This document shows positions 21,526 to 31,375 of a DNA stretch of 64,000 nt, piece by piece. Location of the stretch: the IMG/VR virus record IMGVR_UViG_3300028832_000110, positions 43,406-107,405 of that record. One strand, given 5' to 3'. Made by a program: the position numbers and the translations under genes. The notes below the pieces were generated by a model. It was given only the letters and a program-made list of their open reading frames with translations. It was not told where the DNA came from and made no database searches. Position 1 is the first letter of the stretch. Each line of letters opens with the position of its first letter. Source of the DNA: a virus (lineage: Duplodnaviria > Caudoviricetes).

Positions 21526-21948
21526 TTATCGGGTTTTACGACCTCCAGAATAGCGGATATTATGAAAACCATTGCCAATCATATCCCAAGAATTACTCCC
21601 TACCTTCGGCAGTTCATACTTCTCGAATATCTCATTGGCCATACGCAGAAAACGGTTCAACACGTTTGCCGACATCTGCTCACCACCCTCAGAGTGTGAC
21701 CAGTCACCATCTTTATCACTCACTTTCTCAGACATCGTGGGTGATCCCGCAATCCAGACATAGAGATAGGCAGTCGCTAAGTCAAGCTGCTTCTCACTGA
21801 GGGTTTCGACATCGGCTCCTGCCTCAATCTTAGCCCCCGCTTTCTTGCCTGCATCTACGAGGATGGTAGGTAAGGCATCGTCCGTAACTTTTACATTACG
21901 GACTTTGCCTTTTAGGTATTGCTCGATTGTGAAAGTTTCCATCGGCAT
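21526..21948 (-). CDS. Head-tail adaptor
   Basis: First gene after the major capsid gene, 140 aa, helical. Confidence 0.55.
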   Translation of the reverse strand: MPMETFTIEQYLKGKVRNVKVTDDALPTILVDAGKKAGAKIEAGADVETLSEKQLDLATAYLYVWIAGSPTMSEKVSDKDGDWSHSEGGEQMSANVLNRFLRMANEIFEKYELPKVGSNSWDMIGNGFHNIRYSGGRKTR

Positions 21949-21959
21949 ATCACATCAGT

Positions 21960-23105
21960 TTATGATTCCTTCCATACGGTGAAGAAACCAATCTCACGAA
22001 TGTTGTTGAACACGGGAGCGGCGTACAACTCGCAGTCTACAACGTTCTTGAACGGACGCTCTTCCGTAGAACTCAGAACCATGATACGGTCTTCCACAAG
22101 GTGATACTTGTGGTTTGCACCGATCTGAGAGGTGAATTGCTGACGGTCGATGTAGATGGAGTTGGTACACTTCATTTCAAACGGCACGATACCAGAGTTG
22201 CAAGCAACAAGGTTGTGCTCGTCGAAAGCAGGAGCATCGGGGATTGCCAGACCATCCTCTTCGTGACGGCTCTTGAAGTCAATCACGTCGAACATCCACA
22301 CACCCATGTCGTGCATATACGACAGAATCTCACTGGGCTTCAGCTTCACATCACTGGGATTGAAGTAGTTGGCGCGGGCGAGACAAGCGTGAATCACGGC
22401 GGGGTGCTTCAGCAGGCGGTCAAACAATTCCTTAGCCATCTTCCAGTGGTCAACGGCGAGGAAGAGGTCACGGGTGAGGTACTGCTGTGCGTCAAGCATA
22501 TCCTGAATAGGATCAGCATTCTCGTTGGCGACAATCTTGCCACCCACAACAGTCCACCACTCCTTACCGGCCTCGGTCTTGATGAAGTGGTTGTCAGCAA
22601 TCGGGAACTTGAAGTCGTACTTCGTACCGTCAATGCTGAACTCCTTAATCTCACCAGTGGAGAGAGCCTGCAAGGTCACGTAGTTCAACTCGGCATGAAC
22701 ACCGCCAATCATGGCGTTGCTGCGAGTCTCTACTTTCTCGGTCATGAGGATGGGGAACGGTACCTGGGTCTTGTCACGCTCGTCGCGCATCTTGAAGAGG
22801 TCGTCTTCATCAATGCTGAAGCCGTGACCCATCTTCAAGATAGAACCACCGTAGTATTTCCAACCCTCTCCGTTACGCTGTGGCTTCTGCGAGTGAGTGC
22901 CAAGCAGCGAAGCACGAACGAGGATGGGAACTTCCTTCTGACCCTGAATCCACTCCTTAGAGTTGGATGGGCGACCCCAATCCGCATATTTGCGCCAGAT
23001 TGCAGTATTGTACTTCTCGTTGGTACGGTCAAGGATCATACCGAAATTCTGCGCACTGACATAGCGGCGCAGGTCATTAATGTTATATTGACTAACGTCT
23101 CTCAT
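21960..23105 (-). CDS. Major capsid protein
   Basis: 381 aa; LQALSTG and ADPIQD motifs typical of lambda-E-like capsids; strong codon bias. Confidence 0.85.
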   Translation of the reverse strand: MRDVSQYNINDLRRYVSAQNFGMILDRTNEKYNTAIWRKYADWGRPSNSKEWIQGQKEVPILVRASLLGTHSQKPQRNGEGWKYYGGSILKMGHGFSIDEDDLFKMRDERDKTQVPFPILMTEKVETRSNAMIGGVHAELNYVTLQALSTGEIKEFSIDGTKYDFKFPIADNHFIKTEAGKEWWTVVGGKIVANENADPIQDMLDAQQYLTRDLFLAVDHWKMAKELFDRLLKHPAVIHACLARANYFNPSDVKLKPSEILSYMHDMGVWMFDVIDFKSRHEEDGLAIPDAPAFDEHNLVACNSGIVPFEMKCTNSIYIDRQQFTSQIGANHKYHLVEDRIMVLSSTEERPFKNVVDCELYAAPVFNNIREIGFFTVWKES

Positions 23106-23126
23106 AATTCAGTTCCTCCTTAACTT

Positions 23127-23771
23127 TTACTTACGGTTAGACCAACGGAAGAAGCAGCCTGCATCAGCCAGAGCCTTCTTGATGGCATCGGTGATAGGCG
23201 GCATACGACGTTCCAGTACAGGGAAGTCGAGGCAGTTCCAAGCACCATCACCATCGGCGGCAACAGCCTCTTTTGCAAGGCAGGTGTCGTAGGGGGTAAG
23301 GGCATTGGGTACGCACTTGGGCTTCAACTGAGCGTTGGCGATACACAGAATCGAACCCTCAACCATTCCTTCGGGAACAGCGTTCACCGTCAGAATGTCG
23401 AAGTCTGCATTAGAGTTGTCGATCTCCGTAACCGTTGCAGCAGCGGCGGCAGCAGTAGTAAGGTTGTTGGGGATGACAATCAGAGAGTCACCTACCTTTG
23501 CGCGGGTGCCCTCGTTGAACTTCTCAACGCGAATCTCACCTTCGGCAACTGCCTTGACGCGGAAAGTGATAAGAGGCACGATGGTACGAGCCTGCTCGTC
23601 ACAATACACGGGAGTGCCTGCCGGGAGTACGTTGCCAGCGGCGGGAAGGTCTTTGATGTCGTAGTTGAAACCACCGACAAGCAGTTTCACCTCACCCTCA
23701 AACACCTTGCGGAATCCACCAATCTTTCCAGAGAACTGGACTTGCTGATTGAAAGTACCTTGAATTGGCAT
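23127..23771 (-). CDS. Head decoration protein
   Basis: Immediately upstream of the capsid gene; VLPAGTPV motif. Confidence 0.65.
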   Translation of the reverse strand: MPIQGTFNQQVQFSGKIGGFRKVFEGEVKLLVGGFNYDIKDLPAAGNVLPAGTPVYCDEQARTIVPLITFRVKAVAEGEIRVEKFNEGTRAKVGDSLIVIPNNLTTAAAAAATVTEIDNSNADFDILTVNAVPEGMVEGSILCIANAQLKPKCVPNALTPYDTCLAKEAVAADGDGAWNCLDFPVLERRMPPITDAIKKALADAGCFFRWSNRK

Positions 23772-23806
23772 AATAAAACGAGTTTGTTGTTAAACATTAG
23801 AATCTG

Positions 23807-24667
23807 CTAAACCAGACCCTCCTTGATAGTCTTCTGTCTCTCAGCGTTGGCTTGGTCTTTCTTGAACTTGTCTTCGAGGTATTTCTTAACCTCTTCGTCA
23901 ACTCCATCACCATCCTCACCACCTGCTGAGACACCGCCAAAGGGCTTTCCACCGTCACCATAGGCTTCCTTATAGACAGACTCGTACTCCTTTTTGACAG
24001 AGAGTTTGAGCTTGTCAACGTCTGCCTCCGCAACCTTCTCAATGCCACCGACAATATTCTTGACGGCGAGATTGATGGCGAAATCCTTGTTGGCTTTCTC
24101 ACCTTTGAGGAAATCCTTCAGCTCCTGCCCGATTTTGGCGAGTTGGGCTTGCTCTTGGTTGTGGTTCTGGGTCTTGATGAATTCTGCGGTCTGGTTGAGC
24201 TGACCACCAATCAAGCCACTCTTTCCGTCTTCACCGAAAAGTTTCTTGTTGTAGTCTGCGAGTGCCTTTTCAACAGCCTTTGCAACATCAGTGTTTTCTC
24301 CACCCTTGTTGCCATTACCATCGCCGTTTCCATCACCATCACCTTCGCCTTTACCACCTTTGCCGTTGGTTTTCTCCCATTCGACTTTGGCCGCTGCGAC
24401 GGCATCATCAATGGCTTTCTGTACCTTGGTTTTGTTCTGAGCCTCATAGTCCTGCGCAAACTTCATGCGTGAAGCCTTTGCCTGACCTGCGAAATTCTTT
24501 AACGCAGTGATTGGCTCATTCCACGTATCATCGTTGATCTTGTCATCCTCGGCAAAACGTGGCAGATACACCTCGGCCATAGACTCAAATGTCTGGTCGC
24601 TAATGAACTCGTGATTGTCTTCTCCAACACGGGTTTTGAACTCTTGAACTAAGTTTGTCTTCTCCAT
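23807..24667 (-). CDS. Capsid scaffolding protein
   Basis: Charged coiled-coil with Gly/Asp linker; first gene of the head operon. Confidence 0.6.
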   Translation of the reverse strand: MEKTNLVQEFKTRVGEDNHEFISDQTFESMAEVYLPRFAEDDKINDDTWNEPITALKNFAGQAKASRMKFAQDYEAQNKTKVQKAIDDAVAAAKVEWEKTNGKGGKGEGDGDGNGDGNGNKGGENTDVAKAVEKALADYNKKLFGEDGKSGLIGGQLNQTAEFIKTQNHNQEQAQLAKIGQELKDFLKGEKANKDFAINLAVKNIVGGIEKVAEADVDKLKLSVKKEYESVYKEAYGDGGKPFGGVSAGGEDGDGVDEEVKKYLEDKFKKDQANAERQKTIKEGLV

Positions 24668-24699
24668 ACTTAATTTTTTAATTGGGTAAAAATTCGTGA

Positions 24700-24799
24700 C
24701 AAATTTAGATTTTATTTCACGTAAATAGATATAAATATTCTGAAATCTTTACATTTTTGATGATAAATATCTATTTTGATAGAGAAATTTCTAAATTTG
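24700..24799. promoter_or_regulatory. Divergent late promoters (capsid operon / terminase operon)
   Basis: TAAATTTG at 24700-24707 (-) and 24792-24799 (+), each with TATCTATT 16 bp upstream. Confidence 0.6.
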
Positions 24800-24819
24800 C
24801 GCATGAATTTCAAAGATAT

Positions 24820-27480
24820 ATGCAGATGAATAATTTTACGGGTTTTTTGACAAAAGATGGAAAACCAGTGCTGACGAATGAATTCATAAACGAATTGCGG
24901 GAGCGAGAAAAAGACAAAATCCAGTCGAATAATTTCATCGCTCAACTCGGCCCACAGGAAGACGATTTACACGCAAGCGTTGACATTCTCATTACTGGAG
25001 GAAATCGTGGCGGCGGCAAAGCCAACCCATACGACACGCCCATAATTACGCCCGACGGCACAAAGTTAATGGGCGATCTGAAAATCGGCGACAGAATTTG
25101 TACGCCATACGAGGGTGTTCAGAGAGTGACGAATATTTTCGAGAAAGGAATGAACACCATCTACACCTTCCATTTCGATGACGGTACGACGTTGCAGTGT
25201 ATGGATGAACACCGATTCTGGGCGAAGAAAGTATGTTCCGGCGATTTTAAGGAATATACGGCGCGGGAGTTGATGGATAACTATAAAATCGACGCGAAAT
25301 TTCCGATGTCACTGCGTCGCGGAAAAGAACTCGTAGAAATCCCGATTTGCGGAGAGGTGGATATTAACGAGGAAATGACACCGCTTGACCTTCCAATTCA
25401 TCCCTTCATTTTCGGACATATCTGTGGCTCTGGTTCCTGGGATTTCTCAAAGCAGGGCGTTTATCTGAAGAATAGCCCGACGATTGTAAGGGCTGCTTTC
25501 AAGTACGGATATAAGGTCAAGATCATTAACGGCATTTATTATCTGCGTGGAGTAACCGACGATAACCGACGGAAAATTACGTGTTGCCGTAACGAACAGC
25601 CATCGCGCATTCCAAAAGAATACCTTACCGCCTCCGTTCAGGCGCGTTGGGATTTGCTGCGAGGAATATTCGTTGAAAACGGCAGGTCAAAAAGCAAGCA
25701 TCCGTATCTCGCAAATACCAACAAGAAATTCATCGAAGACGTGGCTACGTTAGCAAGGTCTCTGGGAATGTGGGCGAAAGTATCTGAGGTTTTGGATGAC
25801 CCCGAACGCATAGGACAATGGCAGGTTCAGATTATTGCGCCTAATGACAAGGATATTTGGGTAAAAACCACATACAAGGAACGTGCCCACGAAAATGCCG
25901 CAAAACCCAAAGACCCAAGCAGTCGCGGTTGCCTCACGAAAAAAGTGCTGTACGTCACCAAAAACAAGACGAAGAAAAATTGCAGGTGCATAACCGTTAG
26001 CGGAAACCACCATTTGTACCTCAGTGATGACTTCACGATAAATCACAATACCTTCACCTTGCTCATGGAGCCGATGTACGACATCGACAACCCCCGCTTC
26101 AACGGCATTATATTCCGTAAGGAGAAAGATGACCTCACGAATATCATCCGTGACAGCCGACTCCTATATTCGCCATTCGGACACTTCAATAAGTCCAAAG
26201 ACGATTTGACATGGTACTTCGACAGCCAAGCCGAATTGTCTCTGACCTACTACGCCGATGCCTACGATGACTTCAAAGACAGATTCCAAGGCCGACAATA
26301 CAGCTATATCGGCATTGACGAGATTACGCAGATAGAATACGAGAAATTCAAGTATCTCATTACCTGTAACCGTAATGCCGCCAACATCAAAAACCGTATC
26401 ATCGGCACTTGCAACCCCGATCCCTTGTCATGGGTTAGAAAGTTCATTGACTGGTGGATTGGAGAGGATGGTTTCGCCATTCCAGAGCGCAATGGCGTGA
26501 TACGCTACTGCTATATGAAGGGCGATAGCGTAGATACCATTGTTTGGGGTGACACTCCCGAAGAGGTCTATGAGCAATGCAAAGACGAGATTGATAAGCT
26601 GTGGCAACCCGAATACGGTGAAATGGGCTTTAGGAAAGAGACCATGTTCACCAAATCCGTTACCTTCATCCGTGCTGAACTGAAATATAACAAGAAACTG
26701 CTTCAGACCGACCCCAACTATGTAGGTGGTCTGGCACAGCAGGGAGAGGAACAGCAAGCCCGTGACCTTCAAGGCAACTGGAACTTCATGTCGATGGGCG
26801 ATGACCTTATCAAAATGGTGCATTTGCAGCGTTGCTTCCAGAATCCTCAGATGCGAGGCGACGGCGTACACAGAGCAACTTGCGACGTGGCGTTTACTGG
26901 AGGTGACAACTGCGTGTTGTGGCATTGGATTGGTTGGCACGTCGAAGATGTGTTTGTATGTAAGTTGGATAGCGTAGATACTTGCCGTGCTATAAAAGCC
27001 AAACTGGAGGAATGGGGTGTGTTGGAAAAGAACTTCACCTACGACCTCAACGGCCTTGGTCAAACATTCAAAGGATTTTTCAAGGAAGCCCGCCCATTCA
27101 ACAACGTGGAGGCAGTGGCGCAAAGATTCAAGAATATTTACGACAACAAGAAATCTCAGTGTATGTATCTCTTCGCAAAGAAAATCATTGCCGGAGAGAT
27201 CAGTTTCAACGAAGACATTCTCAGACGGAAGTTTGAGGTGGGAAAGAAAAATGGTAGAAAAGGGCAGGTGATGTACCTCGCCGACATTCTGCAACTGGAG
27301 CGCAAATGCGTGAGGCAGGATGAAAGCAAAGCCGATAAGGGTTGGTGTATCATAAAGAAAGAGCAGATGAAACAGTTGGTTGGGTGGTCGCCCGACTTCT
27401 GGGAGTCGCTGATGATGCGGCAGGACTTTGAGGTTAGCCAAAGGACAATAGCCATCCCTTCATGGATTCGTAATTTCTAA
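24820..27480 (+). CDS. terL: Terminase large subunit (intein-containing)
   Basis: Walker A GGNRGGGK/T split by an intein, Walker B YIGIDE, GTCNP, nuclease CDVAFTGGD; probable start 24820 or 24826. Confidence 0.92.
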   Translation: MQMNNFTGFLTKDGKPVLTNEFINELREREKDKIQSNNFIAQLGPQEDDLHASVDILITGGNRGGGKANPYDTPIITPDGTKLMGDLKIGDRICTPYEGVQRVTNIFEKGMNTIYTFHFDDGTTLQCMDEHRFWAKKVCSGDFKEYTARELMDNYKIDAKFPMSLRRGKELVEIPICGEVDINEEMTPLDLPIHPFIFGHICGSGSWDFSKQGVYLKNSPTIVRAAFKYGYKVKIINGIYYLRGVTDDNRRKITCCRNEQPSRIPKEYLTASVQARWDLLRGIFVENGRSKSKHPYLANTNKKFIEDVATLARSLGMWAKVSEVLDDPERIGQWQVQIIAPNDKDIWVKTTYKERAHENAAKPKDPSSRGCLTKKVLYVTKNKTKKNCRCITVSGNHHLYLSDDFTINHNTFTLLMEPMYDIDNPRFNGIIFRKEKDDLTNIIRDSRLLYSPFGHFNKSKDDLTWYFDSQAELSLTYYADAYDDFKDRFQGRQYSYIGIDEITQIEYEKFKYLITCNRNAANIKNRIIGTCNPDPLSWVRKFIDWWIGEDGFAIPERNGVIRYCYMKGDSVDTIVWGDTPEEVYEQCKDEIDKLWQPEYGEMGFRKETMFTKSVTFIRAELKYNKKLLQTDPNYVGGLAQQGEEQQARDLQGNWNFMSMGDDLIKMVHLQRCFQNPQMRGDGVHRATCDVAFTGGDNCVLWHWIGWHVEDVFVCKLDSVDTCRAIKAKLEEWGVLEKNFTYDLNGLGQTFKGFFKEARPFNNVEAVAQRFKNIYDNKKSQCMYLFAKKIIAGEISFNEDILRRKFEVGKKNGRKGQVMYLADILQLERKCVRQDESKADKGWCIIKKEQMKQLVGWSPDFWESLMMRQDFEVSQRTIAIPSWIRNF
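25021..26049 (+). mobile_element. Intein (343 aa, Ala1, degenerate LAGLIDADG-like domain)
   Basis: GGGK|ANPYDTPIITPDG ... DEHRFW ... CRCITV ... FTINHN|TFTLL. Confidence 0.88.
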
Positions 27481-27492
27481 AATTGATTTATT

Positions 27493-29250
27493 ATGGAAGC
27501 AAAACAAAAAATCATGCCATTAAGGGAAATCTTGACAAAGAAGCCCTTTACCCGTGTAATGCCAGACGGTCATTACGATCACGGTGAAAGATGGAATGAG
27601 ATTACGGAAGAATCCCCCGTTCAAGACTATCTCCGCAGAAAGATTGTCACGCAGGAGGATTTCGCCCGCGAACTCGACCCATGCGGACACCTTATCAACG
27701 ACAGAGAATACTATCCCGATGTCTGGCGACAGAACACCGTCGATGGACTATGGTATCTGGAGGAAGTGCCTCGATATGCCTTTGCCTTTCAGCAGGTGAT
27801 ATTGCATAACCAACTCACACACCTCACTGGAAACGACATTCAGTTTGAACTCGCGGATAAGAAGGAGGATGAAAACTCACGCGAAATCTACAACGCATTC
27901 AAATCCGGGTGGGCTGACAAGAATATGGAGGTGGCTTGGTATCAGTTCGCCAAATCCGTTAAGGCTACTGGCGATGCCGCCTTTGTCGGCTATCTCGACA
28001 ACGGAGAGTTTGGTTGGAAGGTGTTGTCTTTCCTCAATGGCGATAAGCTCTATCCACACTACGACCTCAAAACTGGAAAGCTCAACGCATTTGCACGTAC
28101 ATATAGTAATTATGATGAGAGTGGCAGGACAACAAGGCGTTATGTAGATGTGTGGGATAACACCTACTACTACCGCTTTGCCGCCGAAGGTGATCCAGAA
28201 GGTGTGTTGGAGAAATGGAAAAACGCCATTATGTCATTGTTCAATGTCAATGGCTACCACCTCGACTGCCCGCCAGAAGAGCATGGCTTCGACACCATAC
28301 CCGTTGCCTACCAACGTGACGATAACGGTGCGTGTTGGACGTTCTCGCAGGAAACCATCGACAACTACGAAATGGCATTCAGCAGACTGGCTCAGAACAA
28401 CCATGACTTCGGCCTGCCTATCATGTATGTAAAGGGTGAGGGTTCGCAAGAGGTTACTAAGAAGGATATGAGCCATGCCAGTAAGATATTCATTCTCCCC
28501 TCAGACGGAGAGATTGGATTCTTGAACCGTCAGGATGCCTCCAATGCCTATAAGACAGAACTTGACATTTTGGAAAACCAAATCTATTGTCAGAGTCACG
28601 TCGTAAAGACACCAGAGTTGAAGTCCGGCGACCTCCCCGCTGCTGCCATTAAGTTGCTCTATACCCCTGCCTACAACAAGGCCATGAGTGACAGCAACGA
28701 ATATGCGGTATCTATCAACCACATCGTCTATATCTTCAAGTTCGGCTATGGCGTGGAGGCAGAACGCCGCCTTGACTTCATGAATACGAAGATCAGCCAC
28801 TACATCAAGCCATATATCCACCTCAACGAAACTGAATTGACAACCAATCTGGCTACGCAGGTGCAGAACGGCTTCTTGTCAAAGCAGACGGCATCGGAGA
28901 AATCTCCTTATGCCACACCGCAGGAATGGAACAGAATCTTGCAGGAAAAGAAGCAGGAGCAGGAGCAAGAGCTTCTGATGCAGGAGCAAAAACTGATTAT
29001 CCAGAGCGAGATAGCAGTTGATGAAGCCGAAAAGATGGCAGAGATTGATGCCTCGTACTCTAACGAAACCACAACCACCAACGGCACTACCACCACCACT
29101 AAGTCAGCCCGCAAGGTAAGAGGACATAAGGGTTCTATTGCCAAAGGTCACGGCAAAACCGCCGACGGCACTTACGAAAAGGCAGGCTATGACCGTTGGG
29201 GCAACAAGGATGGTAAGAACGGTTGGGAAAAATGGAATCGTACTCACTAA
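27493..29250 (+). CDS. Portal protein (SPP1-like)
   Basis: 585 aa after terL; SGDLPAAAIKLLY motif. Confidence 0.85.
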   Translation: MEAKQKIMPLREILTKKPFTRVMPDGHYDHGERWNEITEESPVQDYLRRKIVTQEDFARELDPCGHLINDREYYPDVWRQNTVDGLWYLEEVPRYAFAFQQVILHNQLTHLTGNDIQFELADKKEDENSREIYNAFKSGWADKNMEVAWYQFAKSVKATGDAAFVGYLDNGEFGWKVLSFLNGDKLYPHYDLKTGKLNAFARTYSNYDESGRTTRRYVDVWDNTYYYRFAAEGDPEGVLEKWKNAIMSLFNVNGYHLDCPPEEHGFDTIPVAYQRDDNGACWTFSQETIDNYEMAFSRLAQNNHDFGLPIMYVKGEGSQEVTKKDMSHASKIFILPSDGEIGFLNRQDASNAYKTELDILENQIYCQSHVVKTPELKSGDLPAAAIKLLYTPAYNKAMSDSNEYAVSINHIVYIFKFGYGVEAERRLDFMNTKISHYIKPYIHLNETELTTNLATQVQNGFLSKQTASEKSPYATPQEWNRILQEKKQEQEQELLMQEQKLIIQSEIAVDEAEKMAEIDASYSNETTTTNGTTTTTKSARKVRGHKGSIAKGHGKTADGTYEKAGYDRWGNKDGKNGWEKWNRTH

Positions 29251-29261
29251 ACTAATCAGGT

Positions 29262-30131
29262 ATGAGTGGAAAAGCAATAATGAGGCTTGATACCAGTGTG
29301 TATGAAGAGCCTACACAAGAGGATTTCGATGAAGCGAAAGCATTCGTCCGCGAAAGGAACAACTATGCTTCGCTTCTCGAAAGCCTTATCATGGAAATAC
29401 TGAGGAATGCCGCAAGGGAGATAACTATCATCTGCTACAAATACAATATCGACCCCGTAGCCTTTACCCTCCAGTCCAACGACTCGATGTATGGCGAGAT
29501 AGTGGAGGTTATGGAAAGAGTGGAGGAAGAGATTATGCAACTCATTCAGCAATACTCTGCCATTAACGCAGGTGATGACCGTGACAGCATTATATCCTAT
29601 ATCATGTCATTGGGTAGGCAGAACCGCAACCTCACAGATACCCTTGAAGATTATCTATGGCGTTATCTCTACGACCTCGAAGCCCTTATTGCATCCATGC
29701 AAATCGCAGGACATGACGTTGCAACCGCCACCACAAAGATTGTCGGGGCATTGCAGAGCGTATATACTACGCCAGAGGTAAGGTCTGCGATGTCGGTTCC
29801 TGGCATTGCCGCGATGTACCTCAAATCAAAAGGCATCCACTACGACCCCGGTACTCAGCACCCGTCCGTCGGACTCAGCAACAACGGTGCTGTAAACGTC
29901 ACCAACATGGCAAAGATAACGTTGTTGATGGCATGGCGACGTGAAAACCTCATGGCCATGGAAGCAGAGGGTGTTGCCGGATATTATGTGATGCGCGGGA
30001 GCAGCTACGATTGTAAGATGTGTGATAGCAATGTCGGCTTCCATAACATTGACGATAAGGAGCATTTTCCTCCGATCCATCCTCATTGCTGCTGCATCGC
30101 CGTTCCCATTAACAAAATTATCGAAGAATAA
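29262..30131 (+). CDS. Minor head morphogenesis protein (SPP1 gp7/MuF-like)
   Basis: C-terminal CxxC...PPIHPHCCC. Confidence 0.75.
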   Translation: MSGKAIMRLDTSVYEEPTQEDFDEAKAFVRERNNYASLLESLIMEILRNAAREITIICYKYNIDPVAFTLQSNDSMYGEIVEVMERVEEEIMQLIQQYSAINAGDDRDSIISYIMSLGRQNRNLTDTLEDYLWRYLYDLEALIASMQIAGHDVATATTKIVGALQSVYTTPEVRSAMSVPGIAAMYLKSKGIHYDPGTQHPSVGLSNNGAVNVTNMAKITLLMAWRRENLMAMEAEGVAGYYVMRGSSYDCKMCDSNVGFHNIDDKEHFPPIHPHCCCIAVPINKIIEE

Positions 30132-30143
30132 AAACGTAGAATT

Positions 30144-30647
30144 ATGAATTTCTCAGAAAAGATAAAAAAAGAGGCGAAGAAATTTGACGTAACGCCGGAG
30201 CAGCTACTAATGGCTGATTTGATTGCTTTGGGATATTCAAAGCCAGATGCCTATAATATCGCCTATACCGAACGCGAGATTTTTGACATTCAGAAAAATA
30301 TGAGCCACCGTGACGGAATTCTTGAAGACAAAAAATTCAAGGTGATGCTTGAAGCCAGAATCCAGCGCGTAAAATCAGGCGTTACAATTCCAGAAAAACT
30401 CTCTGAGATTGAACTTATCTCAAAGGAAGAGGCTTTGAAGGAGGTTTTACGCAGTGCCAGAAAACTGCCGGAGGGAAGTAAGGAACGTGGCGAGGCTTTT
30501 CTTCGCTATAACGAGCAATATGCGAAACTCACGGAACAGGGGCAGAATGGCGACACCATAAATATCTATCTGCCGCTGAAGTGCTGCAACTGCTCCCTAT
30601 ATCTCGATTATGTGGAAAAGGTAAAGGAGAAATTAAGTGGGGAATAA
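30144..30647 (+). CDS. Possible terminase small subunit
   Basis: N-terminal HTH-like segment (GYSKPDAYNIAY), helical, in the packaging operon. Confidence 0.4.
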   Translation: MNFSEKIKKEAKKFDVTPEQLLMADLIALGYSKPDAYNIAYTEREIFDIQKNMSHRDGILEDKKFKVMLEARIQRVKSGVTIPEKLSEIELISKEEALKEVLRSARKLPEGSKERGEAFLRYNEQYAKLTEQGQNGDTINIYLPLKCCNCSLYLDYVEKVKEKLSGE

Positions 30648-30699
30648 AAAAAAGCGGAGATTCTGCGCATCTTCGTAGCATATATCTTTCAAGTCGCAG

Positions 30700-30738
30700 A
30701 TGGAGGTCGCCCGTGGAAGGGGTCAGACCTCCATTTTT
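30700..30738 (+). terminator. Intrinsic terminator of packaging operon
   Basis: ATGGAGGTC...GACCTCCAT followed by a T-tract. Confidence 0.7.
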
Positions 30739-30760
30739 TCTGCATAAAAAAAGCCTCCCG

Positions 30761-31375
30761 TTAGGAAGGCTGATTTAATTCTTCTCTCATTTCTCCCGCC
30801 TGAATCAGTTTTTCAAAGGCTTCGTTGTCCTTTTCCATTTGTTCACGGCTAACCTGCTCATAGGTTTCGAGATCATTCAAGACGTTTTTCATCATGTCTT
30901 TCAACACGCCGTAATACTCAGATTTTTTCTCCTTGGCCGTCTTTGACCTATCCTGCTTCAGCATATAGAGCGTACAGCAGCTCAGTACGAGGTTGTGGAA
31001 AAGTCCGTCTGATACGGTTGAGACATTGGCATAGTTGCAGAAAAGCGTGGAAAGGATTGCTTCGTCTTCGGGCGTTCCGCTTTCATAGAGATTGACGATG
31101 ATATTTGCGATGGCAAAAGTCTCTGGCAATCTTATGCACCAACATTCCTGCGCGTCGGCAATCTTTACAGCACCGATAATTGCGGCTTCCTGCTTCTGAA
31201 GGAATTTCTCGGTCATCTTGGCTCCTGGGAGTAGTTCGCGGGAATGCCCGTTGACATCAACGAGCAATTTCACACGCTTCAACTTGAAGCCTTTGATGGC
31301 GACATATTCCTCACCCAAGGTTCGTTGTAGCTGCTCCTTTTTTTCAGCAGCGGCAGCATTCTCTTTTTTATCCAT
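30761..31375 (-). CDS. Hypothetical protein
   Basis: 204-aa ORF in the minus-strand operon. Confidence 0.7.
   Translation of the reverse strand: MDKKENAAAAEKKEQLQRTLGEEYVAIKGFKLKRVKLLVDVNGHSRELLPGAKMTEKFLQKQEAAIIGAVKIADAQECWCIRLPETFAIANIIVNLYESGTPEDEAILSTLFCNYANVSTVSDGLFHNLVLSCCTLYMLKQDRSKTAKEKKSEYYGVLKDMMKNVLNDLETYEQVSREQMEKDNEAFEKLIQAGEMREELNQPS

Noticed and set aside
22101-23123. 340-aa + strand ORF (also 26428-27441 - and 32152-33102 +)
   Set aside because: Antisense shadows of strongly codon-biased real genes, with no recognisable motifs.
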